Below the pieces are notes generated by a model. The model saw only the letters and a list, made by a program, of their open reading frames with translations, did not search any database and was not told the origin of the DNA. Shown here piece after piece: positions 62,327 to 64,000 of a DNA stretch of 64,000 bases. Each line of letters begins with the position of its first letter. Position 1 is the first letter of the stretch. This DNA comes from Chthoniobacterales bacterium (GTDB taxonomy: Bacteria; Verrucomicrobiota; Verrucomicrobiia; Chthoniobacterales; DASVRZ01): positions 100,836-164,835 of the forward strand of contig JBBRNR010000003.1 in NCBI GenBank assembly GCA_038230215.1. Reading direction: 5' to 3'. The translations under genes were made by a program, and so were the position numbers.

Positions 62327-64000
62327 AAGTCGTCCCGCTTTTTTTAGGCTCGAGTTGGATGTTAATGGCGGCGATTTATGGCCAGGCGCCGCTACAGGCA
62401 CCGCCCGCAGCGCAACCCGCTCCAGCCTCGAGCGGTAGTTCCGACGGGTCGAAAAGCAATGGCGATCTCCCCAGTTTCGATCCGAACACGGAGGTTTTCT
62501 CGTGGAACGGAAAATCCTGGAACATCAACGACAACCGACTTTTCAACGCACGCTTTGAGAAATATCTAAATGCCCCGGAAGAAACCTCGGACGCAGACAA
62601 AAAATATCAGGCGTTGCTCGCTTCCATTCTCGACAAACTAGCTCCTTCAAAGGCCAGCCCGCAGAGTCTGGACGGAGCATTTCGATTGCTGCCGCAGGCA
62701 GGTGCTTATGATAACGATGCCCGGCTTTGCGACTCGATTGCCGACGCGGTTTACTCGGCTTGGAGCGCGCAAAACGAGCGTCAGCGTTTGCAGAAAGCCA
62801 ATGACGCCCTGCTGACCGAGCAGAAATCGGTGGAATGGAACGCCGGCATGGCCTCGCAAATTTCCGCCATGGATGCCCCGCCGAATGCCAAAAATTCCGC
62901 CGCGCAGGAAACCTACAAAAAAAATGAGGACTTGAGGCGTGAGACGCGAATGCAACCGTATGTAACCCGGCTCGTGGAAATCAAAGCGCTCGTGCTGGCG
63001 AATCAGGCGAAGAAGGAATTATCGGCTCTGCAGGCGAAGATCGAGTTTCAGTCGCTTTGCGCACAGTTGTTCTTCCAGCGGAGGTATCAGCATGTGCTGA
63101 TCGCAACCCGATTTTACCGGAATGTGTTTCGTGATGGCGATACCACGATGCGAGTCGGTGATGATGCCAAAAATCTATTTTCGAAGACGACTGGCATGCC
63201 GCCGACCGTGGGGACACTCGATAGCATGGCCAATGAGGCGATTCGTGACTGCCGCGAGAGCATCCAGGCCTATGAGTTTTTGCTGGAAAAGAACGAACTC
63301 GAAAGCGCCACCAAACGACTCGGCGAAGGCTTCATCGTCGGCGAATACATGCCGGAGTTCCGCACACTCTCCCGCGATAAAAAGCGGCAGGCCTTGAAGT
63401 TTAGCCAGGCGAGTTATCAGCTCGTGTCCGCTCTCGACGTAAAGGATTACGCGCTCGCCGAAAAGCTCGTCAAAGACCTCGAAGCCATGGCGCACGACTT
63501 CGATTCTTCGAAACCAATGGCGGCGATCCAAACCGCCAAAACCGTCGCTGGAATGCATCTCGCCAAAGCGAAAAACGCCGCTGCCAGCGGAGATCGCGTC
63601 GTCCTCGAAACTGAATTGAAAGAAGCCACCGCCCTCTGGCCTCGCAACCCCGCGCTGGCCGAAGTCTCTGGCATCATCTTCAAGCAGGCCGACGTGCAAC
63701 TCGAAGCACTCGACCTCCTCGACGAGTTGCTCGGCCGCAAGGAATACCGCCGTATCTACGACGACCGCGTGCGCTTCATCGCCGCCGCCGCGCTCTATCC
63801 GGAGCGTCAAAAACAACTCCAGGAAGTGCTCGACGCCATGCAGACCATCGAGGGCGCACTCATGCGGGCCGAGGAAATCGAGAAGCGCGGCGATTACGCC
63901 GGAGCTTGGGAAAACGTCGAGCAGGTTTACCAGAAATACCCCAACGACAACAAACTCAACCAAGTCCGCGCCAACCTCACGACCGAGGCCTCGGACTTCG
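62323..64000 (+). CDS. Large secreted hypothetical protein (partial, runs off the window)
   Basis: ATG 62323 overlaps the previous stop (ATGA); signal peptide MKVVPLFLGSSWMLMAAIYGQAP. Frame stays open for 559 codons to base 64000, so it is absent from the ORF track because it is unterminated. Confidence 0.6.
   Translation, partial: MKVVPLFLGSSWMLMAAIYGQAPLQAPPAAQPAPASSGSSDGSKSNGDLPSFDPNTEVFSWNGKSWNINDNRLFNARFEKYLNAPEETSDADKKYQALLASILDKLAPSKASPQSLDGAFRLLPQAGAYDNDARLCDSIADAVYSAWSAQNERQRLQKANDALLTEQKSVEWNAGMASQISAMDAPPNAKNSAAQETYKKNEDLRRETRMQPYVTRLVEIKALVLANQAKKELSALQAKIEFQSLCAQLFFQRRYQHVLIATRFYRNVFRDGDTTMRVGDDAKNLFSKTTGMPPTVGTLDSMANEAIRDCRESIQAYEFLLEKNELESATKRLGEGFIVGEYMPEFRTLSRDKKRQALKFSQASYQLVSALDVKDYALAEKLVKDLEAMAHDFDSSKPMAAIQTAKTVAGMHLAKAKNAAASGDRVVLETELKEATALWPRNPALAEVSGIIFKQADVQLEALDLLDELLGRKEYRRIYDDRVRFIAAAALYPERQKQLQEVLDAMQTIEGALMRAEEIEKRGDYAGAWENVEQVYQKYPNDNKLNQVRANLTTEASDF

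Noticed and set aside
63175-63963. 262-aa ORF antisense to the unterminated secreted-protein gene
   Set aside because: The plus frame is open for 559 codons from a signal peptide, which is more plausible; the antisense ORF is a shadow.

Overview
High-G+C bacterial chromosomal segment (roughly 60 percent by eye, not computed) with tightly packed genes. The gene content (membrane H+-PPase, hpnH-shc hopanoid pair, many secreted/TPR/OmpA-type proteins, GT-C paralogues) fits a PVC-group or Verrucomicrobia-like organism, but that is a low-confidence guess. Layout by region: (1) 0.3-8.9 kb, a glycan-assembly cluster unusually rich in methyltransferases (3 FkbM + 1 class I). (2) 9-25 kb, housekeeping genes: mazG, ndk, hppA, scpA, a hybrid sensor kinase, a Tgt fused to an MnmC/MnmD-like methyltransferase domain, a DEAD-box helicase and an ArsR-SRPBCC pair. 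(3) 25.9-30.0 kb, an accessory stretch abutting thiC and its TPP riboswitch: a helical 231-aa protein, a 21-bp x ~10.7 tandem array, low-GC orphan genes, HNH-like and ParB-like genes, a diverged duplicate of the thiC 3' end and a PIN-type cassette. (4) 32.3-38.7 kb, a hexuronate cluster (LarA-like, SDR, exuT, uxaC, uxaE), followed by rpmE and prfA. (5) 40.2-43.4 kb, a second accessory stretch built on the same plan: a 238-aa protein resembling the 231-aa one, a 42-bp x 5 array, a hairpin/T-run, a 370-nt ORF-poor spacer and a low-GC HEPN-like + HNH-like operon. (6) The remainder: ClC channel, cysteine-peptidase-like protein, cbpA, OmpA-like protein, two GT-C paralogues, pta, ruvX, hpnH, shc and a partial secreted protein. 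I saw no rRNA, tRNA, CRISPR, integrase or transposase. The most interesting signal is an architecture that occurs twice: helical protein + ~210-bp tandem array + low-GC islet with an HNH-like Cys4 protein. I cannot name a described system that matches it. All calls rest on by-eye motif recognition and hand alignment; no searches or computations were run.
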